Of a stretch of 64,000 nucleotides of DNA, positions 1-9,732 are shown in pieces. Every line of letters starts with the position of its first letter. The stretch's first letter is position 1. Source of the stretch: an uncultured Candidatus Saccharibacteria bacterium (lineage in GTDB: Bacteria > Patescibacteriota > Andersenbacteria > UBA10190); NCBI GenBank assembly GCA_964450915.1, contig CAYVFG010000001.1, forward strand, positions 1,694-65,693, read 5' to 3'. The notes beneath the pieces were generated by a model. The model saw only the letters and a list, made by a program, of their open reading frames with translations. It was not told the origin of the DNA and searched no databases. The translations under genes and the position numbers were made by a program.

Positions 1-1
1 T

Positions 2-2161
2 ATCGTCAACAATTCGGCCAGCGTGCAGACGATTAGCTTTGGTGGTACGGGCATCACCCTGGGTGCAGCACAGACGTGGAATTCAGGCCTTGTCCCGTTG
101 GGGGGGCTGAGTGTGGGCTCTGCGGTTGATCTGGCAGGTCAGGCACTGACGGTCGATGGCACCAACAATACAACCATCTCGGGTGCGATCTCTGACACGG
201 TTGTCGGCGGCTCACTTGTCAAAAATGGTTTAGGAACGCTTCTTTTGAGCGGCACGAACACCTTCACTGGGACCACCACCGTCAATCAGGGCATCCTGCA
301 GCTTCAAAACGGAGCAGCGATTGCAGACACGTCCGCAGTGACCGTGACGGCACCAGGTTCACTCGACCTGCTCACAAGTGAAACCATCGGCAGCCTTGCA
401 GGCAGCGGCGACACCACCCTCAACGCCAATACCCTGACCACAGGCGGTGACAACACCTCAACCACCTACAGTGGTGTTCTGAGTGGCGTCGGCGGCTCAC
501 TGGTCAAAAATGGCGCAGGAACGTTCACGACATCGAACATCCTTCCCAACACCTATACGGGCACCACGGCAGTCAACGCGGGAACTCTCAATGTGCTGGG
601 CACCCATGCCGGTGGCGGAAATTACACCATTGCCGCAGGCGCCACGCTTTCAGGCACGGGAATCATCACAGAGGCTGCGGGAGCTTCCATCTTCAACAAC
701 GGGGCGATTGTTGTAGGCGATTCCACAGTCATTCCTGTTGCATCCACACTCTCAATCACCACCTCAGGCGCAGGCGCGATCACCATGGGAGCCGGCAGTA
801 CTTTGGCGGTCGATCTCTTCACCGGTGCCGGTCTTGGAAACAACACCGTCATTCCAGGTTCTTCTGACACGTTCAACCTCGGCGGCAATCTCAATTCTGT
901 TGCTGGCGGCACCCTGGTCATTGGCAATCCTACAGCGATGACAGGCTTCACGGGTGGAGACAGCTGGAAAGTGGTGAATCTCGTTCCAGGCTCCATTACC
1001 GGCAATCTGGGTCTCACCGGCAATCTCGACACCTCTGCTCTGAATCTCACAGCGACTCAGGTGGGCAATTTCAGCCAGACTTCCGGTGTCTTCACGATCA
1101 TCGACACCATCACCGGTTTGCAAATGGCCAACGCCATGGGGCAGGCCGTGCTTGCCAGTACTCAGAGTGTCCTCACGGATGTGAATGGACGCCTGTTCTT
1201 CCTCCGTGCGGGTCAGGGCGACCTGTCCGATGACAGCGAGTACGACCAGGCCGTGGTCAATGATCCGGGCAACGGTTCTGGCAAGAACCCTGCACCAAGA
1301 CCAACGGTTCAGCGCCGTCCCCAGACGGGTCTGTGGCAGGTTTTTGCCACGGCAAACTACAACAACGCCAGGCTCGGCGCTCTCGGCAGTCAGCAGGCGG
1401 GAATCCAGTCTGACAGCTGGAGTCCAGGAGTCGGCGCTGAGGTTCATGTCACACCGAATGTGGCCATTGGTTTCGCCCTCAACTGGCTGGAGTCCAAACA
1501 GACCTTCGGGAATGGCGTCGGCTCCATGGACATGAATGGTTATGCACTGAGCGCCTACACTTCTTATGTGAAGAAGGCATTTTGGGCGGATCTCCTTTAT
1601 AGCTTCGGCAGCTATGACATCGAAACGAACCGCAACCCGATCGGGTTCGGCATGGCTAACGGTAACACCGACGCCTACACCAACACGGTGCAGTTTAACT
1701 CGGGCTGGAACTTCCGTTTCCAGAACAACAGCTTGGTGACCGGTCCGTTCATTGGACTCGACTACACCCACGTCTCCATTGACGCCTATGGAGAGTCTGG
1801 TGGCGGCCTTGGGGCCCTGGCCTACAACAAACGTACCGCTGAGTCCCTGATCTCCCGCATTGGCTGGTCGGTGAGCAAGTATGTCAAAACAGACTTCGCC
1901 GTCATCACTGCACAGGCCCGTCTGAGCTACGAGCGCCAGAACTTGAGCAACAACAGCGGCGCCACCATTGGCCTCATCAATCAGCCATTCGTGGTAAGCG
2001 GCGGCAGTCAGAGCTATGGCCAGGATTACATGGTCGCAGGAGCTGGCCTGAACTTCCAGTTCACGCCAAACCTCGGTTTGCTCCTCAACTACCAGGGTCA
2101 GTTCTTCCGTCAGTCAGTGCAGGCTCATTACGTGGGCCTGCGCCTCAGCTACAAATTCTAA
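2..2161 (+). CDS. Autotransporter-family outer-membrane protein (passenger with beta-strand repeats plus C-terminal beta-barrel), 5'-partial: frame is open to the window start
   Basis: G/T/S-rich repetitive passenger (GTLLLSGTNTFTGTTTVNQGILQLQNG repeated); C-terminal beta-barrel-like domain ending ...LRLSYKF (aromatic terminal residue); intrinsic terminator follows. Confidence 0.7.
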   Translation: MVNNSASVQTISFGGTGITLGAAQTWNSGLVPLGGLSVGSAVDLAGQALTVDGTNNTTISGAISDTVVGGSLVKNGLGTLLLSGTNTFTGTTTVNQGILQLQNGAAIADTSAVTVTAPGSLDLLTSETIGSLAGSGDTTLNANTLTTGGDNTSTTYSGVLSGVGGSLVKNGAGTFTTSNILPNTYTGTTAVNAGTLNVLGTHAGGGNYTIAAGATLSGTGIITEAAGASIFNNGAIVVGDSTVIPVASTLSITTSGAGAITMGAGSTLAVDLFTGAGLGNNTVIPGSSDTFNLGGNLNSVAGGTLVIGNPTAMTGFTGGDSWKVVNLVPGSITGNLGLTGNLDTSALNLTATQVGNFSQTSGVFTIIDTITGLQMANAMGQAVLASTQSVLTDVNGRLFFLRAGQGDLSDDSEYDQAVVNDPGNGSGKNPAPRPTVQRRPQTGLWQVFATANYNNARLGALGSQQAGIQSDSWSPGVGAEVHVTPNVAIGFALNWLESKQTFGNGVGSMDMNGYALSAYTSYVKKAFWADLLYSFGSYDIETNRNPIGFGMANGNTDAYTNTVQFNSGWNFRFQNNSLVTGPFIGLDYTHVSIDAYGESGGGLGALAYNKRTAESLISRIGWSVSKYVKTDFAVITAQARLSYERQNLSNNSGATIGLINQPFVVSGGSQSYGQDYMVAGAGLNFQFTPNLGLLLNYQGQFFRQSVQAHYVGLRLSYKF

Positions 2162-2187
2162 GTCATTAACGTTCACCGTTAAATCCC

Positions 2188-2223
2188 GGGGGGCATTGCT
2201 GAAAGGCAATGCCTCCTTTTTTG
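2188..2223 (+). terminator. Rho-independent terminator after the autotransporter gene
   Basis: GC stem gggcattgc / gcaatgcc followed by tttttt. Confidence 0.6.
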
Positions 2224-2228
2224 TGGCT

Positions 2229-3353
2229 CTAAATTCCCGCACGTTTCGCCCGCAGCACTTCCTCCACCTCTCCCAGCGGCAGGCAGTTGATCACATCCTT
2301 CCGCGTGAGCCAGCCTTTGCGGGCGGCTTTGATGCCATAGATCACCGCCTGCAATCCGTGCGTGCTGTGGGCATCGGGGTTGATGCTGCATTTCACGCCT
2401 TTCGCTTTCGCGAGCTTCCACCAGCGCCAGTCCATGTCCAGACGCCACGCGCTGGCGTTGAGCTCGATGATGGTGCCGGTTTCCGCGGCGGCATCGATCA
2501 CGGCAGCCACGTTCACATTGTAAGCAGGGCGCTGCAGCAGCAGCCGTCCCGTGAGATGTCCCAGCATGGTGACGTGCGGATTCTCAATGGCTCGAATGAT
2601 GCGCTTCGTCATCTCCGCCTCGGGCAAATTGAAGACGTTGTGCACGGAGGCGACCACATAATCGAGCTGGCCCATAATCTCGTCACTGAAATCGAGGCTG
2701 CCATCCTTGAGAATGTCCACCTCGCTGCCGGCAAAGATGCGGAAGCCCTCTTCGGCCATCTCCTCATTCAGTGCCTTGATCTCTTCGATTTGTTTCAACA
2801 GTCGCTTCTCATCCAGCCCATTCGCCTGGAAAGACGACTTGCTGTGATCGGCGATGCCAAGGTACTGCAAACCCAGCTCATGCGCCGCCTCCGCCATCTC
2901 GCGCAAAGTCGCGCCACCATCGCTGGCGGTGGTGTGGTTGTGAAAGACACCGCGCAGATTCTCAAGCTGGATGAGGCGTGGCAGACCACCGTGCTCGGCG
3001 GCATCTATCTCGCCCGTGTTCTCCCGCAGCTCAGGATCGATGAAGTCGAGATCCAGCGCGCGGTAGAGTTCCGCTTCATCATGAACCGGTGGAATGACCG
3101 GCGCATCCGCATGATCCGGCACCGGCGTGAAGCCATACTCATTGAGCGACCAGCCACGAGCAAGCGCACGCTGGCGGATGGCCACATTGTGCTCCTTGCT
3201 GCCGGTGAAGTAGACCAGCGCAAAAGGGAACTCCTTGCTCGATACGGCACGCAGATCGCACTGCACCCCATGAGTGACGTGCACACTGGCTTTCGTCGGC
3301 CCTTTGGCGATGACATCCACCACCAGTGGCAGTTGCACAAAGGACTCGATTAC
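2229..3353 (-). pseudogene. DNA polymerase X family fragment (thumb + PHP phosphoesterase domain only); N-terminal 8-kDa/palm region missing; frame closes with a stop inside the first hairpin of the repeat island
   Basis: FALVYFTGSKEHNVAIRQRALARGWSLNEYGF (PolX thumb) followed by a PHP-domain histidine-rich region; no ATG start; in-frame stop at 3354-3356 coincides with hairpin 3354-3376. Confidence 0.55.
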
Positions 3354-3939
3354 CTAGTAAGATTTTTCACTTGCTCCGCGCCCCAGTCAAGACCAGCATG
3401 CTGGAGAAAACGCTACCTATCTTCACAGCATTTAACACCAGCAAGAACAAATTCCTGCTCACAACTCTACGGAACCATGCCATACGTTAGTTGACTCTAC
3501 TGAACTACGCGACGATACACTAGCAAAGTTTCTTGCTCGTAACTTCACACCGGCTTAGTGAGCTGGACGTTAGGTAGCGGTATGATACCAGCAAGAATTG
3601 CTTCCTGCTCTCCACAAAAGGCCAATCAAGTTTAGTTTAATCAAGTCCACTGAATTGTACTAAAGCACGCACCCTAGCAAGAAATAAATCTTGCTCACGA
3701 CATTATTGTAGCGAAGTATACAGCTCCTAATCGTAGGATACTGGACAATGCGATAACACCAGCAAAATTTCTTTGCTCTCTGCTTTAGTCTGCAAAGGGG
3801 AACAACGAATTACTGGAGTCCGCTCAAGTGTATACACTAGCAGAATTTTCATTCTGCTCGCCAAGCAGTACAGTCAACCTCAATTCAGGACAGGTTAAGC
3901 CACGGCAGCATGCCAACACCAGCAAACAGCTGTTTGCTC
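3354..3939 (-). repeat. Hairpin-unit array 1a: 8 units of conserved short stem-loop (AGCAAG-loop-CTTGCT) separated by ~50-65 nt of unique sequence; CRISPR-like but noncanonical
   Basis: Hairpins at 3354-3376, 3437-3460, 3519-3538, 3587-3610, 3674-3696, 3758-3778, 3836-3859, 3918-3939; loops differ; mismatches resolve to G-U pairs on the minus strand. Confidence 0.7.
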
Positions 3940-4050
3940 GCAACCACGCGAAACTATACGTGACTGAAACTCACGTAACGACACTGCACCGAACCTAATT
4001 GAATCAATTGTCAAACAACGATCAACATCCCCCTTTCTGCTGAATATCAG

Positions 4051-4088
4051 GAACGGATTAAAATAACATATTATCATATTTTTTGCAA
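4051..4088 (-). promoter_or_regulatory. Conserved AT-rich junction element, promoter-like (TTGCAA -35-like box directly abutting the upstream terminator T-tract), reading toward array 1a
   Basis: ggaacggattaaaataacatattatcatattttttgcaag; near-identical copies at 7378-7420 and 9606-9650. Confidence 0.4.
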
Positions 4089-4118
4089 GAAAAAAGCGAG
4101 AGTAATGAAACTCTCGCT
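4088..4118 (-). terminator. Intrinsic terminator (minus strand) closing array 1b / helicase transcription unit
   Basis: stem agcgagag...ctctcgct followed by a T-tract on the minus strand (A-tract 4088-4095 on plus). Confidence 0.6.
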
Positions 4119-4173
4119 GTGCACTGTTGTTAACTTCACAGGAGGAAGCAAAACAGCACTTTACTTAATGAAC

Positions 4174-4770
4174 ACTAGCAAGAATTTCATCCTGCCCTGG
4201 ACAATAGCCTAGCTAACTAAAGAACGCTGGAGCGAAGACTACTAAAGCTCAAATACCAGCAAAATTTCTTTTGCTCTATACTACACCAAGCAGCAAGGAA
4301 GTGTGCGTTAGTCTACCAGAGATCACGCTATTTTATAGAAGCGAGAATTCTAAAATTCCCGCCCTGGAACATAGGATAAGGTACTTGGCGGAAGCCCGGG
4401 ATACTCAGCCTAATTTAAACTAGCAAGTTTTCTTGCTCGTTATGCTACGTGAGCATACGTTAGTCCAGATTGCTTAAGTCTGCGACACTCCACTCCAATA
4501 CCAGCAAGAAATAAATCTTGCTCTACAGAAAGCATAAGAACAAATTACTGGAGCCAACAAGACTGGACACTATACACTGGCAAAATTTCTTTGCCCGAAA
4601 CGTTAGGCCAGCCTAATTAAGTCTAGCGAGCTACGACATACAGGACGACACTATGTACACTAGCAAAAAATCTTGCTCTTTACCGAAGAGAACTCCACAA
4701 AGCCCTGCGAGAGCCTACCTAACTTCAGTGTAAGATATAAGAGAAGCGAGGATGCAAGCATCCTCGCCCT
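4174..4770 (-). repeat. Hairpin-unit array 1b: 9 units; immediately downstream (minus strand) of the helicase gene
   Basis: Hairpins at 4174-4197, 4255-4276, 4339-4364, 4419-4438, 4500-4523, 4576-4596, 4658-4678, 4746-4767 (plus 4339 and 4746 long-stem gcgag variants); 4500-4523 identical to 9424-9447. Confidence 0.7.
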
Positions 4771-4815
4771 ACACTCGGCTTCGCTGCAATTCAGAGCAGG
4801 TCACCATACTTCACT

Positions 4816-6672
4816 TCATGTTCTCTGACTCAGCAAATCCTCTGCATCACGAATGCAGTTCTCAAACGGCAAGTCGCTTCGGTAGGATTTCTCCAACCAA
4901 GGAGGCAAAGCCCCCCACACAATCTTCTTGAATTGTTGCGAGATGAAGAATGTAACTCCAACATCTCGCGTACTTCGAACATTGCGTCCGCGCACTTGTA
5001 ACGCTTGCTGCATCACACGCCAATTCCACAGCGCCCACCTGGCACCACCGAACCGCTTCTCTTCGAACTGTGTTCCGGGATCCGTTGGTACAGGGTATCC
5101 GGGCCGCAGAAAGAAGATGATCGGTGCAGTCTGTTTTGGCAGATCAACACCCTCAGCGTAGTTGGAAGCAGTGCCTACCAAGCAGTCGCCTACCCCTTCC
5201 TTGAACTTGATTGCGGCTTGCTTTGCGGTAACGCCATTCCCGTAGCTGATCGCTTCAAGCTTCTCTTCTTTTGCAAGCTGAAGAAACTTGTCACGCTCAT
5301 CATTGGAGATGGTAACCACCAAGCTGCGATGCCCCTTGAGCGCAAATCGTTTTGCCGCACGAGCAATCTTTCGAATGCTTTGTGTCATGTCGCGCGCAGT
5401 CCGCGTGTTCATGGCAAGATTCGGCGTGTCCGTCGGCAAGTACAGCCTTGTATTTCCCGAAGGAAAGTTGGATTGCAACTGCAAGCACGGAAACCGAATC
5501 CCCGTTTCGTGTCCGAAGATTTCAGGATCACCGATCGTCGCAGAAAATGCGACAGTCAGCGGAGGCAGAATCTTTCGAATCAGCGGGGCCACATAATAGC
5601 ACCGCACCACGAGCTTGCACTCCACTAAGTCTCGCTCTCCTTTCTCGAACTTGTAGAAGGCACACGTGTAATTGAGCGGCTTTCGCTCTTCGGTCTCGAG
5701 CGAATACTCAAAAGAATGTGAATACCGGCGCAAATCTCGCACCAGTGTTTCCAATTTCTTGAGCGCCACTCGATCCTCTTTCGCGTCGATGGTTCCGTTT
5801 CTCACGGCCTTCTCAATACGCGAAAGAAGTTTTCCCGAATCCACGTCTTCCAAGATCACCATCAAGCGGCGAAGTTCTGCATCCGTAAGAAGTACTGGCT
5901 CGTCGAGTTTCCTCTTCTTGCAAATGTACTTCATGGAAGCAAGAAACTTTTCCAGCACTTCAACTTCCGGAGCATCTATCCGAGTCAGCAATTCGATAGA
6001 CCGTTCCAGATGGTAATCTGTAATGTCGTACGAAAGCGAACTGCGAACGATTTCCGCAATCCGATGCGCTTCATCAATCACGAGCGCGCCCGTTTCCGGG
6101 AACTCATGACTGAACAGTTGAGTGAACAAGTAGAACGACGTGGTGCAAACCACGACGCCCCCTTGCTTCGCTTCGAACTTCTGCTGAAGATACGGACAAG
6201 CAGTTGCCCCCGGCTCAAACGTTTCTCCTGTTGTTTGATCAACCCGGTGAGGGCATGCCTTCAACATCGAACACGGAACTTCGTCAGCTTTGATGGTTTT
6301 TGAATCCAACGTAAGCTGAACCAGCTCTTCGTCACCGATGACTGATTGCCCTTGGTAATACAAGCACGGATGCTCGCATCGCCCCAAGGCAATTTTTACG
6401 TCTGGAAACTCCTCCCTGATTTGCCCTACCAACGTTTTGTTGGGAGTGACAAAAAATGAGGTACCTCCATCGCGCTGCACCGATGCTTCAAGCCATGCTT
6501 TGGCAACTGCCGTTTTCCCTGAACCTGTCGGGGATTCAACGACCGCAGACCCGTTCTGGGCCAAAAATTCCATCATTTCATCTTGGCCTTTCCATGGGCC
6601 ATTTGCGTACCTTCCGCCTCGCGGAAAGCTAGCCTGCAATGCGTTCAGGCTAAGAGGGTTCTGATGTTTCAT
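4816..6672 (-). CDS. Rad3/XPD/DinG-like superfamily-2 helicase with Fe-S cysteine cluster between Walker A and B (Csf4/DinG-like)
   Basis: Walker A ESPTGSGKTAV, DEAH box VIDEAHRIAEI, Cys-rich insert (CEHPC, CSMLKACPH, ACPYL, VVVCTT) between them; start ATG at 6670-6672 (MKHQNP) with GAGAAGGAA RBS. Confidence 0.7.
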   Translation of the reverse strand: MKHQNPLSLNALQASFPRGGRYANGPWKGQDEMMEFLAQNGSAVVESPTGSGKTAVAKAWLEASVQRDGGTSFFVTPNKTLVGQIREEFPDVKIALGRCEHPCLYYQGQSVIGDEELVQLTLDSKTIKADEVPCSMLKACPHRVDQTTGETFEPGATACPYLQQKFEAKQGGVVVCTTSFYLFTQLFSHEFPETGALVIDEAHRIAEIVRSSLSYDITDYHLERSIELLTRIDAPEVEVLEKFLASMKYICKKRKLDEPVLLTDAELRRLMVILEDVDSGKLLSRIEKAVRNGTIDAKEDRVALKKLETLVRDLRRYSHSFEYSLETEERKPLNYTCAFYKFEKGERDLVECKLVVRCYYVAPLIRKILPPLTVAFSATIGDPEIFGHETGIRFPCLQLQSNFPSGNTRLYLPTDTPNLAMNTRTARDMTQSIRKIARAAKRFALKGHRSLVVTISNDERDKFLQLAKEEKLEAISYGNGVTAKQAAIKFKEGVGDCLVGTASNYAEGVDLPKQTAPIIFFLRPGYPVPTDPGTQFEEKRFGGARWALWNWRVMQQALQVRGRNVRSTRDVGVTFFISQQFKKIVWGALPPWLEKSYRSDLPFENCIRDAEDLLSQRT

Positions 6673-6758
6673 GACCTTGCGTTCCTTCTCATTAATCATC
6701 CAAATTGTCAAACAGCACTGTTCGCAGCGCCAAAAAAGGCACAAGCTACGAACTCATT

Positions 6759-6788
6759 TTTATAGCATATCTTACTATTTTTGTAAAG
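6759..6788 (-). promoter_or_regulatory. Sigma70-like promoter for the helicase gene (TTTACA-N18-TATAAA)
   Basis: -35 tgtaaa at 6783-6788 and -10 tttata at 6759-6764 read on the minus strand. Confidence 0.4.
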
Positions 6789-6798
6789 TATCTTTGGG

Positions 6799-6832
6799 TA
6801 AAAAAAGAAGCAGGCGTTTTGGAACACCTGCT
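6799..6832 (-). terminator. Intrinsic terminator (minus strand) closing array 2a
   Basis: agcaggcgttttggaacacctgct stem-loop followed by T-tract (A-tract 6799-6807 on plus). Confidence 0.6.
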
Positions 6833-6895
6833 CGGTAACTTGCTTCACTGTGCCTAAGTGGACATCAGGACAAAGAACAACGCCTCAGTGGATAT

Positions 6896-7321
6896 ACCAG
6901 CAAGAATAAACTTGCTCTAGACTACTCGGAAGAATACTTCACTCGAGGACAGGTTGCGCTACACCAGTGCATTACACTAGCAAGCCGAAGCTTACTCAAG
7001 ACTCAGGGGTACGCCAGATTAGGCTGCTTAGCGAAACCTCGCGCTAGGCCATAACACTGGCAAATCGCAATTTGCTCCCTACACGACATTAGTTTGCTTG
7101 GCTAGGGTCTACAGTGCAGAAACGCACTATACAAAATCAAAGAGTAGCAAGAATTATTTCTTGCTCTGGGGTGAAAAGGACCACAGGATACGGTAGTGAA
7201 CTGCGACAAACTAGAAACACCAGCAAGAATAAACTTGCTCTCCACACCTACACAACTTTGCAACAGTATGCGAGACGCCAAAGTACTGAGGAATAACACT
7301 AGCAAGAAGTTATTCTTACCC
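6896..7321 (-). repeat. Hairpin-unit array 2a: 6 units
   Basis: Hairpins 6896-6917, 6976-6997, 7056-7077, 7143-7166, 7219-7240, 7298-7321. Confidence 0.7.
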
Positions 7322-7377
7322 TACAAAAAATGGCAATCTAGACTACTCGACCCAAGCCCACGGAATTTAATGAGTTG

Positions 7378-7455
7378 TTAAAGAACAAACTAAAATAACA
7401 CAAGATTATATATTTTGCAAGTAAAAAAAGAAGCAGGCGTTTAGAAACACCTGCT
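7378..7455 (-). terminator. Terminator (7423-7455) plus conserved promoter-like junction element (7378-7420) separating arrays 2b and 2a
   Basis: agcaggcgtttagaaacacctgct + T-tract, then TTGCAA and AT-rich box; near-identical to 9606-9685. Confidence 0.55.
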
Positions 7456-7510
7456 ACGCACGGAGCGCGAATTAACTCTACGTCAGAACGCTGTAGTTAA
7501 CTTCATTACC

Positions 7511-7783
7511 CTAGCAAGGAAGAAACCCTGCTCATAACCGTACTTACAAGACACTTAAGCAGGCAGCTGTATACTGCAGAGCGCATAACTACATACACTA
7601 GCAAGAAATGAATCTTGCTCTGCACGTTGCTTTGCTGCTGAATAATGGACTGCAGATAGCTGCACCTAACCGCGCATACCGGCAAGAATGCTCTTGCCCG
7701 CCACCCTAACCAACTGCTCAGCAATGGAGAGGACCCCAGTTTACCTTACTCAGAAGTAACAATGGCAAAGCGATCCCTTGCTC
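7511..7783 (-). repeat. Hairpin-unit array 2b: 4 units; begins 18 bp after the stop of the 211-aa RAMP-like gene (likely co-transcribed)
   Basis: Hairpins 7511-7533, 7597-7620, 7678-7699, 7761-7783. Confidence 0.65.
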
Positions 7784-7800
7784 GAACCTGAACGAGACAA

Positions 7801-8436
7801 TTACGAAGTTTGTTCGTTCCATTCACGAACCCGAAATGCTCCATACGGCCCCTTCTTATTGGGACGATACAATCCTAGCCCTTGACCTTGTCCAGCCATC
7901 TGAAACAATCGAACAAGTTTTTCACGAAGTATCATGTTGTGATCATACGAAATGTTGATCACGAATCCCCACTGGTCAAACCGGGGATATGAAGTGTAGA
8001 CCAATCCTCGGTGTCTCGATGTTTGAGGTGATATGTGACGTACGTGGCATACCCAATCGGGCTCTCGTTCGTCATGCCCGTTGGAAAGAACCGTGAATTC
8101 ATCTTCGAAACGAATGACCTCACTGATAATGTCTTCCGCGCTTCTGCAGCATCTAAGCGAGTTCTGACAACGAAGCGCAGCAACTACTGCCCCGCAAAGC
8201 ATTGAATTTGGTATCGCCACTTTACCCGCCGGATTCCGATAGATGCATGCTGCGGCACGATCTCTAAAAGATTCTCTTTTGATGACACTCATCACTTCTT
8301 CGGAAAATTTGTTCATGATGAGCGGACTTGTACCGATGCAGGCAATGGCAACTGAGCGCATGTCTGCTTCAGGATCTGCGACTCGACCAATCAGTATGCG
8401 GTCATTTACGATTACCATACGACGAATCTTCCCCAT
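7801..8436 (-). CDS. RAMP-like protein (Cas5/Cas6-like size, C-terminal glycine-rich loop), 211 aa
   Basis: C-terminal AGQGQGLGLYRPNKKGPYGAFRV glycine-rich loop; internal IPNSMLCGAVVAALR motif; paralogous to 11550-12206 and 10440-11348; GAGGAA RBS. Confidence 0.45.
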   Translation of the reverse strand: MGKIRRMVIVNDRILIGRVADPEADMRSVAIACIGTSPLIMNKFSEEVMSVIKRESFRDRAAACIYRNPAGKVAIPNSMLCGAVVAALRCQNSLRCCRSAEDIISEVIRFEDEFTVLSNGHDEREPDWVCHVRHISPQTSRHRGLVYTSYPRFDQWGFVINISYDHNMILREKLVRLFQMAGQGQGLGLYRPNKKGPYGAFRVREWNEQTS

Positions 8437-8543
8437 TATTTATTCCTCAAATTGGAACAGAACAATCAAAAAATCATCCAATAGAATCATCTATTGGAAC
8501 ATGATAATTTAGCATAATATTGAAATAAAGTCAAAATTTACGC

Positions 8544-8575
8544 AAAAAAAGAAGCAGGCATATAAAACACCTGCT
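8544..8575 (-). terminator. Intrinsic terminator (minus strand) closing array 3
   Basis: agcaggcatataaaacacctgct + T-tract (A-tract 8544-8550 on plus). Confidence 0.55.
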
Positions 8576-8628
8576 CTAAAAGAAGCTACAGTGAACCTGG
8601 CTAGAATCTACGCTAGGACACGCAAATA

Positions 8629-9532
8629 CACTAGCAAGGGAACCCCTGCTCTGTGCCGTATTGAACCGCACGTTAGTTTACGCTGCGAGACCAAACGGCA
8701 ATACCAGCAAGACTAAACTTGCTCTCCCAGGACACAGTAATCTAGGTTACTGTACTACGCTCAAGTGATCTCTACAGAACAGAATAATACTAACAAGAAT
8801 GACAACACTCTTGCTCGATACGGCACCCTAGGAAACGTAACTCAACCCTAGAGTAGCGCTGACACAAGCAAAAACTTGCTCTCAACGAAACCTTTGTTCG
8901 CCTAACACCAGCCAACCGAGGGACACTGGGCATCAGAACACGCCAGTGCAAACAATAGCAAGATTTTTCTTGCTCGACACCAAAGGTGACGGGACTGAAC
9001 TACAGGCCAGAAAACTATATACACTAGCAGGAAGAGCCCTGCCCATAACTGCTGTGCGCACTAGTTGACGGGAACACACGTAACCCTGGGGGACCTAATA
9101 CACTAGCAAATCGGAACTTGCCCAACACCTTAGCCGGCATTAACACACTAAACGCAAGCCTAGCGGAACTAAGACAGAAGCAAGCAACGCTTGCTGATTA
9201 CTAAGGCGAAGAAAACTCTGCTCAAGTCAAGGACTCTCAACTCAAGTCTACCTAAAATACTAGCAAGGAAATTCTTGCTCAGCATGACACACTACCGCTC
9301 AGCACAACAGACTTCTGAAGAAAGCTACAGGCTAGAGAAGATTAATACTAGCAAGAAAACTTGCTCATCACTTCAGAAAGGAAAACGTTGCGAAAGTAGA
9401 CTGTGCGTTACTCTGGGTAATACACCAGCAAGAAATAAATCTTGCTCGCTAGCGGAGCGTATAATAGCGAACTCAAGAAAACCTGGCGGGGCTGCACTCC
9501 ACTTCAACACTAGTAAGAAAGGCTTCTTGCTC
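8629..9532 (-). repeat. Hairpin-unit array 3: 12 units
   Basis: Hairpins 8629-8651, 8703-8724, 8789-8816, 8864-8883, 8954-8975, 9023-9044, 9102-9123, 9177-9197, 9259-9280, 9347-9366, 9424-9447, 9509-9532. Confidence 0.7.
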
Positions 9533-9605
9533 TTTAGTACACTCGAAAATGGGCCACGAAACTAGGCAAGAGCAAACCTAAGTTCACTACACGTACTTCT
9601 TAAGT

Positions 9606-9685
9606 TGTTAAAGAACGAATTAAAATAACACAAGATTATATTTTTTGCAAGTAAAAAAAGAAGCAGGCGTTTGGAAACACCTGCT
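9606..9685 (-). terminator. Terminator (9653-9685) plus conserved promoter-like junction element (9606-9650) between arrays 4 and 3
   Basis: agcaggcgtttggaaacacctgct + T-tract; TTGCAA abuts the T-tract; AT-rich box follows. Confidence 0.55.
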
Positions 9686-9732
9686 CGAGACTGAGCCTAA
9701 GCCCACTAGAGAGCACGTAACATCACGTGAAT

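Noticed and set aside
764-1771. Long antisense ORFs (335 aa and others) inside the autotransporter gene
   Set aside because: High-GC coding regions commonly have open antisense frames; the sense frame carries the characteristic autotransporter repeats and beta-barrel.
6759-6764. Interpreting the conserved junction elements as CRISPR leaders upstream (plus-strand sense) of the arrays
   Set aside because: On the plus strand the hairpin is preceded, not followed, by the A/T tract. Only on the minus strand do they form hairpin+T-tract terminators followed by -35/-10-like boxes, so the arrays are read on the minus strand and these elements sit at array 3' ends/next-unit 5' ends.
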